Assembly (NCBI GenBank): GCA_016209425.1
Contig: JACQWA010000257.1
Coordinates: 1 to 48,993 of the forward strand
Reading direction: 5' to 3'
DNA from: Candidatus Rokuibacteriota bacterium
GTDB taxonomy: Bacteria; Methylomirabilota; Methylomirabilia; Rokubacteriales; CSP1-6
Length of the DNA stretch: 48,993 bases
Part shown: positions 37,093 to 44,688 of the stretch, in pieces
Numbering within the stretch: position 1 is the stretch's first letter
Layout of the letters: each line of letters opens with the position of its first letter
Program-made: the position numbers and the translations under genes
The notes under the pieces: model-generated
Told to the model about the DNA's origin: nothing
The model's database searches: none
What the model saw: only the letters and a program-made list of their open reading frames with translations

Positions 37093-38313
37093 GTGGCCCG
37101 ACAGACCAAGATCCAGCTCCTGATCCGCCGCGAGGAAGAAAAGGGGTTCGAGGTCCGGGCCGTCCCGAGCGCCCGGGCCTACCTCCAGTACCGCCCCCAG
37201 CGCATCCCGGCCCCGGCGTGGGAGCTGGCCCAGCTCCCGAAGAGCATCGAGGGTCAGGTCACCTACGTCCTCAAGAACAAGGCCACGGACCGCTACCTCC
37301 TGCTGACCGCGCCCGAGTACTTTCTCTGGGAGCAGATGGACGGCCGGACTTCGCTCCACGAGATGGCGACCGCCTACGTCCTCCGCTACGGCGCCTTCGA
37401 CTTCGACCTGATCCCGAGCCTCATCGCGAAGCTTCAGCGGGCCCAGTTTTTGACCCTCCGCCCCGTGTCCAGGCTGCGCGAGGTGCTGTCACGGCACCAG
37501 AAGAATCTGGGGGCCCGGACGCTGGAGGTGACGCTCAAGGGGCTCGAAAAGCTCACGCTGACGAGCCGGGAGGTGCAGCGGGACTTCGAGCGGGTCTACC
37601 GGTGGGGCGGGCTCCTGCTTTTCACCCTGCCGACCCGCGTCGGGGGGGTTGCCCTGACGGTCCTGGGGGTGATGTCGGCCATCCGCGTCTGGAATGACGC
37701 GGGCGAGATCCTGGCCCCGCTCGCCCGACACCCCATCCTGGCCTTGCTGTCGGTGAAGGCCTTCTTTTGGGTCAGCGTGGCCGCCCACCAGCTCCTCCAC
37801 GGGCTCGCGTGCGTTCACTACGGCCGCCAGGTGCGGGAGTTCGGCTTCGCCCTCCTCCACGGCTTCGTGCCCACGTTCTATGTGGACGTCACCGATATCT
37901 TCATGGCTACCCGGAAGGCCCGCGTGGTGACGGCGCTGGCCGGACCGCTCGTGCATCTCTACCTGGCGAGCCTCTGGTTCTGGGTCGCCACGCAGCTCCC
38001 GCACGGCTTCTTCCAGAGTTTTGCGGCGGCGACCGCGATCTTCCAGATGCAGACCTTCCTGGTGAGCCTGTATCCCTTCTGCTTCCTCGAGATGGATGGC
38101 TATCATATCCTGGTGGACCTCCTCGGGTTCCCGACCCTGAACAAGGATTCCTGGCGGTTCTTTCGCCAGGAGCTGTGGCGGCGGCTGGCGGACCGCAAGA
38201 AGCTCTCCCGCCAGGAGGCCATCTGGGTCGGGTACGTCGTCCTCTCCGCCCTCTCGGTGAGCGCCTTCGTCATCTTCAACGTGTGGGGGCTGGTGCAGCT
38301 CGGCTCCAGTTGA
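37093..38313 (+). CDS. Membrane protein: N-terminal PqqD-like (RRE-like) domain fused to an M50 (site-2-protease)-like domain with HQxxH in place of HExxH
   Basis: PqqD-like segment: YLLLTAPEYFLWEQMDGRTSLHEMATAYVLRYGAFDFDLIPSLIAKLQRAQFL. M50-like segment: AAHQLLHGLACVHYGRQV (HQLLH at 37786-37800), and the downstream LYPFCFLEMDGYHILVDLLG matches the M50 LDG motif. Several TM helices. GTG 37093 with a GAAGGA SD. Confidence 0.6.
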   Translation: MARQTKIQLLIRREEEKGFEVRAVPSARAYLQYRPQRIPAPAWELAQLPKSIEGQVTYVLKNKATDRYLLLTAPEYFLWEQMDGRTSLHEMATAYVLRYGAFDFDLIPSLIAKLQRAQFLTLRPVSRLREVLSRHQKNLGARTLEVTLKGLEKLTLTSREVQRDFERVYRWGGLLLFTLPTRVGGVALTVLGVMSAIRVWNDAGEILAPLARHPILALLSVKAFFWVSVAAHQLLHGLACVHYGRQVREFGFALLHGFVPTFYVDVTDIFMATRKARVVTALAGPLVHLYLASLWFWVATQLPHGFFQSFAAATAIFQMQTFLVSLYPFCFLEMDGYHILVDLLGFPTLNKDSWRFFRQELWRRLADRKKLSRQEAIWVGYVVLSALSVSAFVIFNVWGLVQLGSS

Positions 38314-38342
38314 CGCTCCTTTCCCCTCTTCTCCCGGCCTCC

Positions 38343-38390
38343 CCCCCTCACCCTGCCTCTCCCCACTGGGGAGAGGAGAAGAGGTGAGGG
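38343..38390. repeat. Family B REP-like compound hairpin between convergent genes (possible bidirectional terminator)
   Basis: CCCTCACC(38345-52)...CCTCTCCC(38356-63)-cactg-GGGAGAGG(38369-76)...GGTGAGGG(38383-90). The left arm 20-mer is identical to 29954-29973. Confidence 0.6.
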
Positions 38391-38397
38391 GCGAGGG

Positions 38398-39738
38398 TCA
38401 GTCCGGCAGGTCCCTGCCGGAGATCAACGCGTGGACCAGCCGGTCCAGGAACGACTGAAGGGTGGAAGCCGCCGTGTGGCTCGTGGCGGCGGCCAGCTCC
38501 AAGGCTGCCTGTTGCCCGGACTCGGGGAGGGACGCCAGAGCGGTCTGGGCGTGGCGTCGGACCGCCGGCCCGAGGAGCTTTGCCACCTCCGCCGCAAAGC
38601 GAAGCGCGACGCCCACCCGCTGCCCCAGCGTGTGCTGGGCCTCAAGCAGCCGTCGAAAGAGGTGCGGCAGGCGCAGGCTCACCACCAGGCGGTCCTCGCC
38701 AACCTCCACGAGATCTCCCGTCACCGGCCCCCACTCAAGGGGAAGGCGTTCCACGACCCCCAGGATCGATGGCCGGAGGAGCGGGGCGCTGCCATGGGCG
38801 ATGAGCTCGCCGAGCGTTCTCCGCCATCCCGGCGAGAGGGCCGTCCGTTTCCCTTCCACGGGTGTCATGGGCAGGACGGCCAGGACGTTTCCGCTTCGGT
38901 CGAGGATCAGGTGGTCCTCGATCGCCTCCCCCAGGGCCCAGAGTGAGCAGACGATGCCGTCACCGTCTTCCCGCACGACCCGGGGCTCGTCACGAACCAC
39001 GCCCTGCCAGCGCTGGCGGTAGTACGCCCTCCCTTCGAATACGACCTTCTCGACCCCGTCGCGAAGCTGTACGTACACCCCTGCGCGGGCAAACCGCCTC
39101 TCGTGCGGCGCCGGGCTCCAGTCCAACGGCGATTCGGCGAGATCGCCCGCCAGCATGGCCTCGTTGGACCCCGTGAACTGTTCGAGCGGAGAGGCCGCGG
39201 CCGGATCGTAGCGGAAGGATTCCAGGAGCGCCGTGAAGAGCAGCTCGGTGGCGTAGGGGCCCCGGTAGCGGACGCGGGGCGTCCCCTGGTCTGCGAGCAG
39301 GCAGGCCAGGAAGTTCAGCACCGCGGTCCCGGCCCCGGGAGGAAGCCGCTCCGGCTCGGCCAGCGGCGGGATGAATTTGATCGCCGCATAATCCAGCGAC
39401 TGGAAGAGCGTGATCGGCTCCACGGGACGAAACGGCCGCTCGGGGTTGAGCTGCACGAGCCGGTCGGACCGCCCCCAGATCGGCGATTGTCCGGCTCCGG
39501 GCTCGATGCCGATCCAGCCCCCGTCGGGCGTCCTGACCTTGGCGTGGCGGAGGGCCCCGTCCTCATCCCACTCGGCCGACGTCAGGAGGGTCCCGTGTCG
39601 GTCCACTTCGGAGACGAGGAGGGGCGGTCGTCCCACCCGCCCCGGGATGCGGGTCACGACGGTTCCGTATGGCCTCACCGGCCTCACCGTCGCCTGAGGA
39701 TCTCCCATGAAGAGGATGATACAATGGCGGGGACTCAT
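38398..39738 (-). CDS. Hypothetical protein (about 436-446 aa), the only convincing minus-strand gene in the window
   Basis: Long ORF whose composition is unlike the Arg/Pro-rich antisense artefacts (balanced, many L/E/V/F/W/Y). No overlapping + strand gene with homology. I recognise no motif. Start is ATG 39738 or ATG 39708. Confidence 0.5.
   Translation of the reverse strand: MSPRHCIILFMGDPQATVRPVRPYGTVVTRIPGRVGRPPLLVSEVDRHGTLLTSAEWDEDGALRHAKVRTPDGGWIGIEPGAGQSPIWGRSDRLVQLNPERPFRPVEPITLFQSLDYAAIKFIPPLAEPERLPPGAGTAVLNFLACLLADQGTPRVRYRGPYATELLFTALLESFRYDPAAASPLEQFTGSNEAMLAGDLAESPLDWSPAPHERRFARAGVYVQLRDGVEKVVFEGRAYYRQRWQGVVRDEPRVVREDGDGIVCSLWALGEAIEDHLILDRSGNVLAVLPMTPVEGKRTALSPGWRRTLGELIAHGSAPLLRPSILGVVERLPLEWGPVTGDLVEVGEDRLVVSLRLPHLFRRLLEAQHTLGQRVGVALRFAAEVAKLLGPAVRRHAQTALASLPESGQQAALELAAATSHTAASTLQSFLDRLVHALISGRDLPD
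39717..39725 (+). promoter_or_regulatory. Extended -10 element TGATACAAT upstream of the lipoprotein-amidase-uppS-MFS operon
   Basis: Same 9-mer as 21329-21337. It ends 11 nt before ATG 39737, implying a very short leader. Confidence 0.3.
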
Positions 39739-40147
39739 GCTCGACCGTCGCTCTCGCGTCGGCCTCCTGCTCGTGCTGACCCTCCCGCTGTCGGCGTGCG
39801 CCGGTCAGGGTGGGATCCCGCGCGAGCCCTTCCCGGATGTCCCCCTCCCGGCCTCGTTCATCCCGCACTCCGATCAGTGGGTGCGAATTCGGACGGGGCA
39901 GGCCGACGTCGCCAGGCTGATCTACATGACCGAGCTCGACGTGGAAGGCGCCGCGGCCGCGGTCCGGGACCTCATGGTGAAGAACGGGTGGACCATTCAG
40001 CTCACGAACCGGACGGCCACCCCCGATGGCTACAAGATGATCGTCGTGGATTTCGGGAAGGAGGCGGATACCATCCGGGTCACCGTGCGCGAGGGCGCCT
40101 ATGCCACCCACGTGGAGCTGTCGGTGGCCCGCGTGACACTTCGATGA
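39737..40147 (+). CDS. Putative lipoprotein
   Basis: Signal peptide MLDRRSRVGLLLVLTLPLSAC with lipobox L-S-A-C. ATG 39707 is an alternative start. ATGA overlap with the amidase gene. Confidence 0.55.
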   Translation: MLDRRSRVGLLLVLTLPLSACAGQGGIPREPFPDVPLPASFIPHSDQWVRIRTGQADVARLIYMTELDVEGAAAAVRDLMVKNGWTIQLTNRTATPDGYKMIVVDFGKEADTIRVTVREGAYATHVELSVARVTLR

Positions 40148-41568
40148 CCGTGAACGATCTCTGCTGGCTTCCTGCCACCGAGCTGGTCGCGCGCATCCGG
40201 CGGAAAGAACTCTCGCCGGTGGAGCTCACCGAAACCGTGCTGGCCCGGATCGAGCGGGTGAACCCACGGGTCAATGCCTTCTGCACCATTCCCCACGACC
40301 TTGCGCGCCAGGCCGCGAAGATCGCCGAGGCGGCTGTCTTGCACGGCGAACCGCTCGGCCCCCTTCATGGCGTTCCCCTGTCGGTCAAAGACCTCGTCTT
40401 CACGCGCGGCATCGCCACCACCGGCGGCTCGCGGATCTTCGCCGACTTTGTTCCGGAGGAGGATGCCGTCGCCGTGGAGCGGCTCAAGGCCGCCGGCGCG
40501 GTGATCGTCGGCAAGACCAACACCCCCGAGTTCGGCCACAAGGGGGTGACGGACAACCCGCTCTTCGGAGTGACCCGGAACCCCTGGAGGCTTGACCGCA
40601 CAGCCGGCGGTTCCAGTGGCGGGGCCGGCGCGGCGGTGGCGGCAGGGCTCGCCCCGCTCGCCCTGGGGACGGATGGCGGAGGCTCCATCCGGATCCCGGC
40701 GTCCTTCTGCGGGATTTACGGCTTCAAACCCTCCTTCGGGCGGATTCCGAACGCGCCGGGATTTCCCGGGTGGGAGACGTTCTCCGTGCTCGGCCCCATG
40801 ACCCGCACCGTGCGCGACGCCGCGCTGATGCTGGATGTCCTGGCGGGCCCCGACGACCGCGACCGTCACTCACTCCCCGCGACCGCCGGCTCGTCCCTGG
40901 CGGCGTGCGAGGAACCGATCCCCGGATGGAGCGTGGCCTGGAGCCCCGATCTGGGTTACGCCCGCGTGGACCCCGAGGTTGCCCGGATCTCGGAAGACGC
41001 CGCCGCCGTGTTCGAAGCCCTCGGCTGTCGCGTCGAAACGGTCGCGACGGGCTGGGAGAACCCGGAGGAGATCTTCGCGGTCATGGCCGCCGCCGAGACG
41101 TGCGCGGCCTGGGGGGACCGTCTTCCCGAGTGGGGAGATCGGATGGATCCCACGCTCATTCGTGTCCTGGAGCGCGGGCGCGCGGTGACACTCACGGAGT
41201 ACCTGAAGGCCGCGCAACGTCGCCGAGAGTTCTGGGCCCACGTGCAGGGGTTTCTTAGCCGGTTCGATCTCCTCCTTACCCCGACCGTGGCCGTTGCCCC
41301 CTTCGGCGGAGGGGGCTTCGGACCGCGTGAGATTGCCGGCCAAGGGGTGACGCCCCTCGGCTGGATGCCTTTCACGTATCCGTTCAACCTCACCGGCCAA
41401 CCCGCCGCCACGGTGCCCGCCGGCTTCACCGCCGACGGCCTGCCGGTCGGGCTTCAAATTGTCGGTAAGCGCCACGCCGACCAGGCGGTGCTCGCCGCGT
41501 CGGCTGCGTTCGAGGCGGCGCGCCCCTGGGCTTCTCGGCGACCGCCCCTCGACGGGGCCGGAAACTGA
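40144..41568 (+). CDS. Amidase (amidase-signature family, GatA-like)
   Basis: GPLHGVPLSVKDL...GKTNTPEFG...GGSSGGAGAAVAAGLAPLALGTDGGGSIRIPASFCGIYGFKPSFGRIP, the AS signature with the Ser-cisSer-Lys triad context. The 347-codon upstream extension in the track is rejected. Confidence 0.9.
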   Translation: MTVNDLCWLPATELVARIRRKELSPVELTETVLARIERVNPRVNAFCTIPHDLARQAAKIAEAAVLHGEPLGPLHGVPLSVKDLVFTRGIATTGGSRIFADFVPEEDAVAVERLKAAGAVIVGKTNTPEFGHKGVTDNPLFGVTRNPWRLDRTAGGSSGGAGAAVAAGLAPLALGTDGGGSIRIPASFCGIYGFKPSFGRIPNAPGFPGWETFSVLGPMTRTVRDAALMLDVLAGPDDRDRHSLPATAGSSLAACEEPIPGWSVAWSPDLGYARVDPEVARISEDAAAVFEALGCRVETVATGWENPEEIFAVMAAAETCAAWGDRLPEWGDRMDPTLIRVLERGRAVTLTEYLKAAQRRREFWAHVQGFLSRFDLLLTPTVAVAPFGGGGFGPREIAGQGVTPLGWMPFTYPFNLTGQPAATVPAGFTADGLPVGLQIVGKRHADQAVLAASAAFEAARPWASRRPPLDGAGN

Positions 41569-41579
41569 AGGGAGAACTC

Positions 41580-42356
41580 ATGCTCAAGCGGCTTGTCTAC
41601 GGTTTCTACGAACGGCAGCTCCTGACCGAGGTCTCCCACCGGCCGCTGCCGCAGCACCTCGGCCTGATCCAGGACGGCCACCGGCGCTACGCGCGGGAGA
41701 ACGGGCTGGCGAGTCTGGCCGAGGGCTACCAACTGGGGGCGGAAAAAACCGAGGAGGTCCTCGGCTGGTGCGCCGAGCTGGGGATTGCCACCGTCACCCT
41801 CTGGTGGCTCTCGACCGAGAATCTCTGCCGCCAGCCCGACGAGGTCCACGACGTCCTCCGGGTCATCGAGACCAAGATGGCCGAATGGATTGAGGGCGGC
41901 CTGGTCCGGCGGCTCGGGATGCGGGTCCGTCCGATCGGCCTGCTGGACCTCCTGCCGGCCTCGGCGCTCAACGCGCTCCGGGCGGCCGAGGCGGCGACCC
42001 GTCACCAGGGGCGGATGCTGCTCAACATGGCGGTGGGGTACGGCGGCAGGCAGGAGATCGTGGACGCCATCAAGGGGCACCTGCGCGACTGCTTCAATCG
42101 TGGAGAGGAGCCCGAGGAGATCCTCCGCGGCCTCACCCCCGACGCGGTGGTCAAGTACCTCTATACGTATGACTGTCCGGATCCCGACCTGATCATCCGA
42201 ACCTCGGGAGAGGTTCGCCTCTCCGGCTTCATGCTCTGGCAGAGCGCCTACAGCGAGTTCTACTTCTGCGACGCCTACTGGCCGGCGTTCCGGAAGATCG
42301 ACTTCCTCCGGGCCATTCGGAGCTACCAGAACCGGCACCGACGCTTCGGCCGGTGA
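41580..42356 (+). CDS. uppS: cis-Prenyltransferase (undecaprenyl-diphosphate synthase family)
   Basis: HLGLIQDGHRRYA (variant of DGNRRWA), TLWWLSTENL, IRTSGEVRLSGFMLWQSAYSEFYF, RRFG C-terminus. GAAGGGAG SD. Confidence 0.8.
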   Translation: MLKRLVYGFYERQLLTEVSHRPLPQHLGLIQDGHRRYARENGLASLAEGYQLGAEKTEEVLGWCAELGIATVTLWWLSTENLCRQPDEVHDVLRVIETKMAEWIEGGLVRRLGMRVRPIGLLDLLPASALNALRAAEAATRHQGRMLLNMAVGYGGRQEIVDAIKGHLRDCFNRGEEPEEILRGLTPDAVVKYLYTYDCPDPDLIIRTSGEVRLSGFMLWQSAYSEFYFCDAYWPAFRKIDFLRAIRSYQNRHRRFGR

Positions 42357-43507
42357 AGAGCGCCCCCGCCCTTCCCCGAGCGGTCTGGGCGTTGGGCTGG
42401 GTCAGTTTCTGCTCCGACATCGCCTCCGAGATGATCTACCCCCTCCTTCCGCTCTTTCTCACGCGGACGCTCGGGGCGCCGATGAGAGCCGTGGGGTTGA
42501 TCGAGGGAGTGGCGGAGGCGACGGGAAGCCTCCTGCGGCTCGGGGCGGGCTGGCTCTCCGATCGGACGGGGCGCCGGAAGCCGTTCGTGGTGATTGGCTA
42601 TGCCTGCGCGGCGGTGGCCAAGCCGCTCCTCGCCCTGGCCGGGACATGGGGGCATGTCCTCGGCATCCGGTTCCTGGATCGGTTGGGCAAAGGGCTTCGG
42701 ACCCCGCCGCGCGATGCGCTCCTGGCCGACTCGGCGCCGGCGTCAATCCGCGGCCGGGCCTTCGGCCTTCACGGGAGCATGGACACGGCGGGCGCGGTCG
42801 TGGGGCCGCTCCTGGCCTTTGCACTCCTCCCCGCTCTGGGGGGAGAATTCCGCTCCCTCTTTCTCCTCGCCTTTCTCCCGGCGCTGGCCGGCATCGTCAT
42901 CCTCGCCCTGGAGGTGAAGGAGATCCCACCGAGCCCCGGTAACCACTCCGCTTCCGCTCCCTCGACCCCGCTCGGAGGGAGATTCTGGCGGTTCGTTCCG
43001 GTTCTGATCTGCTTTGGGATCGGCAACTCCTCCGACGCGTTCCTGATCCTGCGGGCTCGCCACCTGGGAATCGGCGAGGGATGGATTCCGCTGCTCTATC
43101 TCACGTTCAACGTCGTCTACGCGGCCGTGTCGATGCCGGGAGGCGCCCTCTCCGACGTGGTCGGGCGGCGGCGGGTGATCGTGATCGGCTACGCGGTTTT
43201 CGCCATCGTCTATCTGGGGTTCGCCCGGGCGGCGTCGGCGTGGGAGGCGTGGCCGCTCTTCGCGGTCTACGGGATCTACTACGCGCTGACCGAGCGGATC
43301 CAGCGCGCATTTGTCGCCGACCTGGTGCCGGGGGCGGTGCGGGGGCGAGCCTTCGGGATCTACCACGCGCTCGTGGGCGGCCTGGCCCTCCCCGCGAGCC
43401 TCCTGGCGGGCTGGCTCTGGGACGCGGTCAGCCCCGCCGCCCCCTTCTGGGTCGCCAGCGCGTCGGGCGTGCTGGCCCTGCTCCTCTTCCTGATCCTGCG
43501 TCCCTGA
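42353..43507 (+). CDS. MFS transporter
   Basis: About 12 TM segments. MFS loop 2-3 motif GWLSDRTGRRKP and its repeat in the second half (GALSDVVGRRRV). GTGA overlap with uppS. Confidence 0.8.
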   Translation: MKSAPALPRAVWALGWVSFCSDIASEMIYPLLPLFLTRTLGAPMRAVGLIEGVAEATGSLLRLGAGWLSDRTGRRKPFVVIGYACAAVAKPLLALAGTWGHVLGIRFLDRLGKGLRTPPRDALLADSAPASIRGRAFGLHGSMDTAGAVVGPLLAFALLPALGGEFRSLFLLAFLPALAGIVILALEVKEIPPSPGNHSASAPSTPLGGRFWRFVPVLICFGIGNSSDAFLILRARHLGIGEGWIPLLYLTFNVVYAAVSMPGGALSDVVGRRRVIVIGYAVFAIVYLGFARAASAWEAWPLFAVYGIYYALTERIQRAFVADLVPGAVRGRAFGIYHALVGGLALPASLLAGWLWDAVSPAAPFWVASASGVLALLLFLILRP

Positions 43508-43604
43508 CCGATGCTAACTTGACACGAGTGGAGCCCACCTGCTACAAATAGGGCATCGGGCGATGGAGTTCGCCCCGTAACCGCCCACCCTCACAAGGGC
43601 TGAT

Positions 43605-43645
43605 AACTCCTACTGAAGCGAACCTTCGGTAGGAGTTTTGATTTT
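43605..43645 (+). terminator. Rho-independent terminator
   Basis: AACTCCTACTGAAG-cgaac-CTTCGGTAGGAGTT: a 14-bp stem with one G:U, followed by TTGATTTT. It lies 98 nt after the MFS stop. Confidence 0.6.
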
Positions 43646-43780
43646 CAGGGCTCCTCCGACAGGGCGTTCTGTGTTATCGGCGCGTGAGCAGGCCGTGGGA
43701 TTCAATGCGGGGGATGCAACGATTGGTTTCCCCGTCCGGCGATTGAGGTCAACTATCGCTACCGGGGACGAACGGCCAGG

Positions 43781-43909
43781 ATGATCCGGCACTTCGAACA
43801 CCGGCTCACTGTCTCGCCGGCGCCACCCGCGTTGGCGCCACGGTGGCAGGCGCCGCCGCCGTTTTGGCGCCGCACGTGGCACCGGGTCGTCGCGTGGTGG
43901 TGGATCTGA
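43781..43909 (+). CDS. Candidate 42-aa Trp/Pro-rich micro-protein (speculative)
   Basis: ATG 43781...TGA 43907-09 encodes MIRHFEHRLTVSPAPPALAPRWQAPPPFWRRTWHRVVAWWWI. The stop overlaps ATG 43909 of paralog 1 (TGATG). Third positions are G/C-rich. There is no clear SD. It competes with an N-terminal extension of paralog 1 from GTG 43843. Confidence 0.2.
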   Translation: MIRHFEHRLTVSPAPPALAPRWQAPPPFWRRTWHRVVAWWWI

Positions 43910-44688
43910 TGGATCTCCTCGTCCAAGCTGAGCTCAAGCAGGCCCTGGGGGCGTCCGGCTGCCCCATCTGCCGGGTGGGGGAGGAAGCGGCGTCCCGGTA
44001 TCTCCGATTCGTTCTCCACGAATCGGTCAATGATCCGGCGACACGGCGTCGCCTGGCGTCGTCGTGGGGCTTCTGCCGGCGCCACGGCTGGTACTTCCTG
44101 AGGCTGGAGTGTGTGACGATGCGGGACGGCCTCGGCACCGCCATCCTTGCGGAAGGGCTTCTGAAGATGGCCGAGCAGGTCCTCGACGGCCACCTCGCCG
44201 GTCCACCGGGAGGCGTCCGGAAACAGAGAGCGGCGCGCGCGCGGCTGGAAAAGCTGGTCCGGAGCTTGACCCCGAGAGGACAATGCCCGCCCTGCGTTGT
44301 TCAAGCCGAACACGAGGCCTATGCCCTCGCGGTCCTTGGGACGGTGCTCCAGGTGGAGGCGTGGCGGGAGCGCTTCGCCCTGTCGGATGGCTTTTGCCTG
44401 CGTCACCTGCGGGACGCGCTGGCCACGGAGAAAATCCCGGACCGCCTTCGGTGGATCGTCGAGGACCATCACCGCCGGCTGCGGCGGCTTCTGGCAGATC
44501 TGGAAGAGTATATCCGCAAACACGACTACCGCTTCAGCCAGGAGCCCTACGGGCGAGAGCGCGACGCCGTTGACCGGGCTACCGCGGCCCTGGTCGGGAA
44601 CTGGTTCGACCTGCCCCGCCGGCCCCCGGGGAATCACGGAAGTGAAGCGGAGCGAGTCCAGGCGGAGGAGGGGAAGCATGGTGGCTGA
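43909..44688 (+). CDS. Cys/His-rich protein, paralog 1 of 4 (two CPxC...CxxH modules plus KHDYR helical tail); function unknown
   Basis: GCPICR-34aa-C(F-C-R-R-H), QCPPCV-33aa-C(F-C-L-R-H), then LEEYIRKHDYRFSQEPYGRERDAVDRATAALVG. Clearly homologous to the next three ORFs. The start is ATG 43909 (GGTGGTGGA SD-like) or GTG 43843. Confidence 0.6.
   Translation: MDLLVQAELKQALGASGCPICRVGEEAASRYLRFVLHESVNDPATRRRLASSWGFCRRHGWYFLRLECVTMRDGLGTAILAEGLLKMAEQVLDGHLAGPPGGVRKQRAARARLEKLVRSLTPRGQCPPCVVQAEHEAYALAVLGTVLQVEAWRERFALSDGFCLRHLRDALATEKIPDRLRWIVEDHHRRLRRLLADLEEYIRKHDYRFSQEPYGRERDAVDRATAALVGNWFDLPRRPPGNHGSEAERVQAEEGKHGG

Noticed and set aside
39103-40143. 347-codon N-terminal extension of the amidase ORF (track ORF 39103-41568)
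   Set aside because: The extension overlaps the minus-strand gene and the lipoprotein gene and has a low-complexity Arg/Gly/Pro composition. Amidase-family similarity starts at ATG 40144, which forms an ATGA junction with the lipoprotein stop.
43563-43580. 5-codon ORF MEFAP between the promoter-like element and the terminator
   Set aside because: It has no SD and is too short to evaluate. It is mentioned only as part of the candidate small-RNA region.
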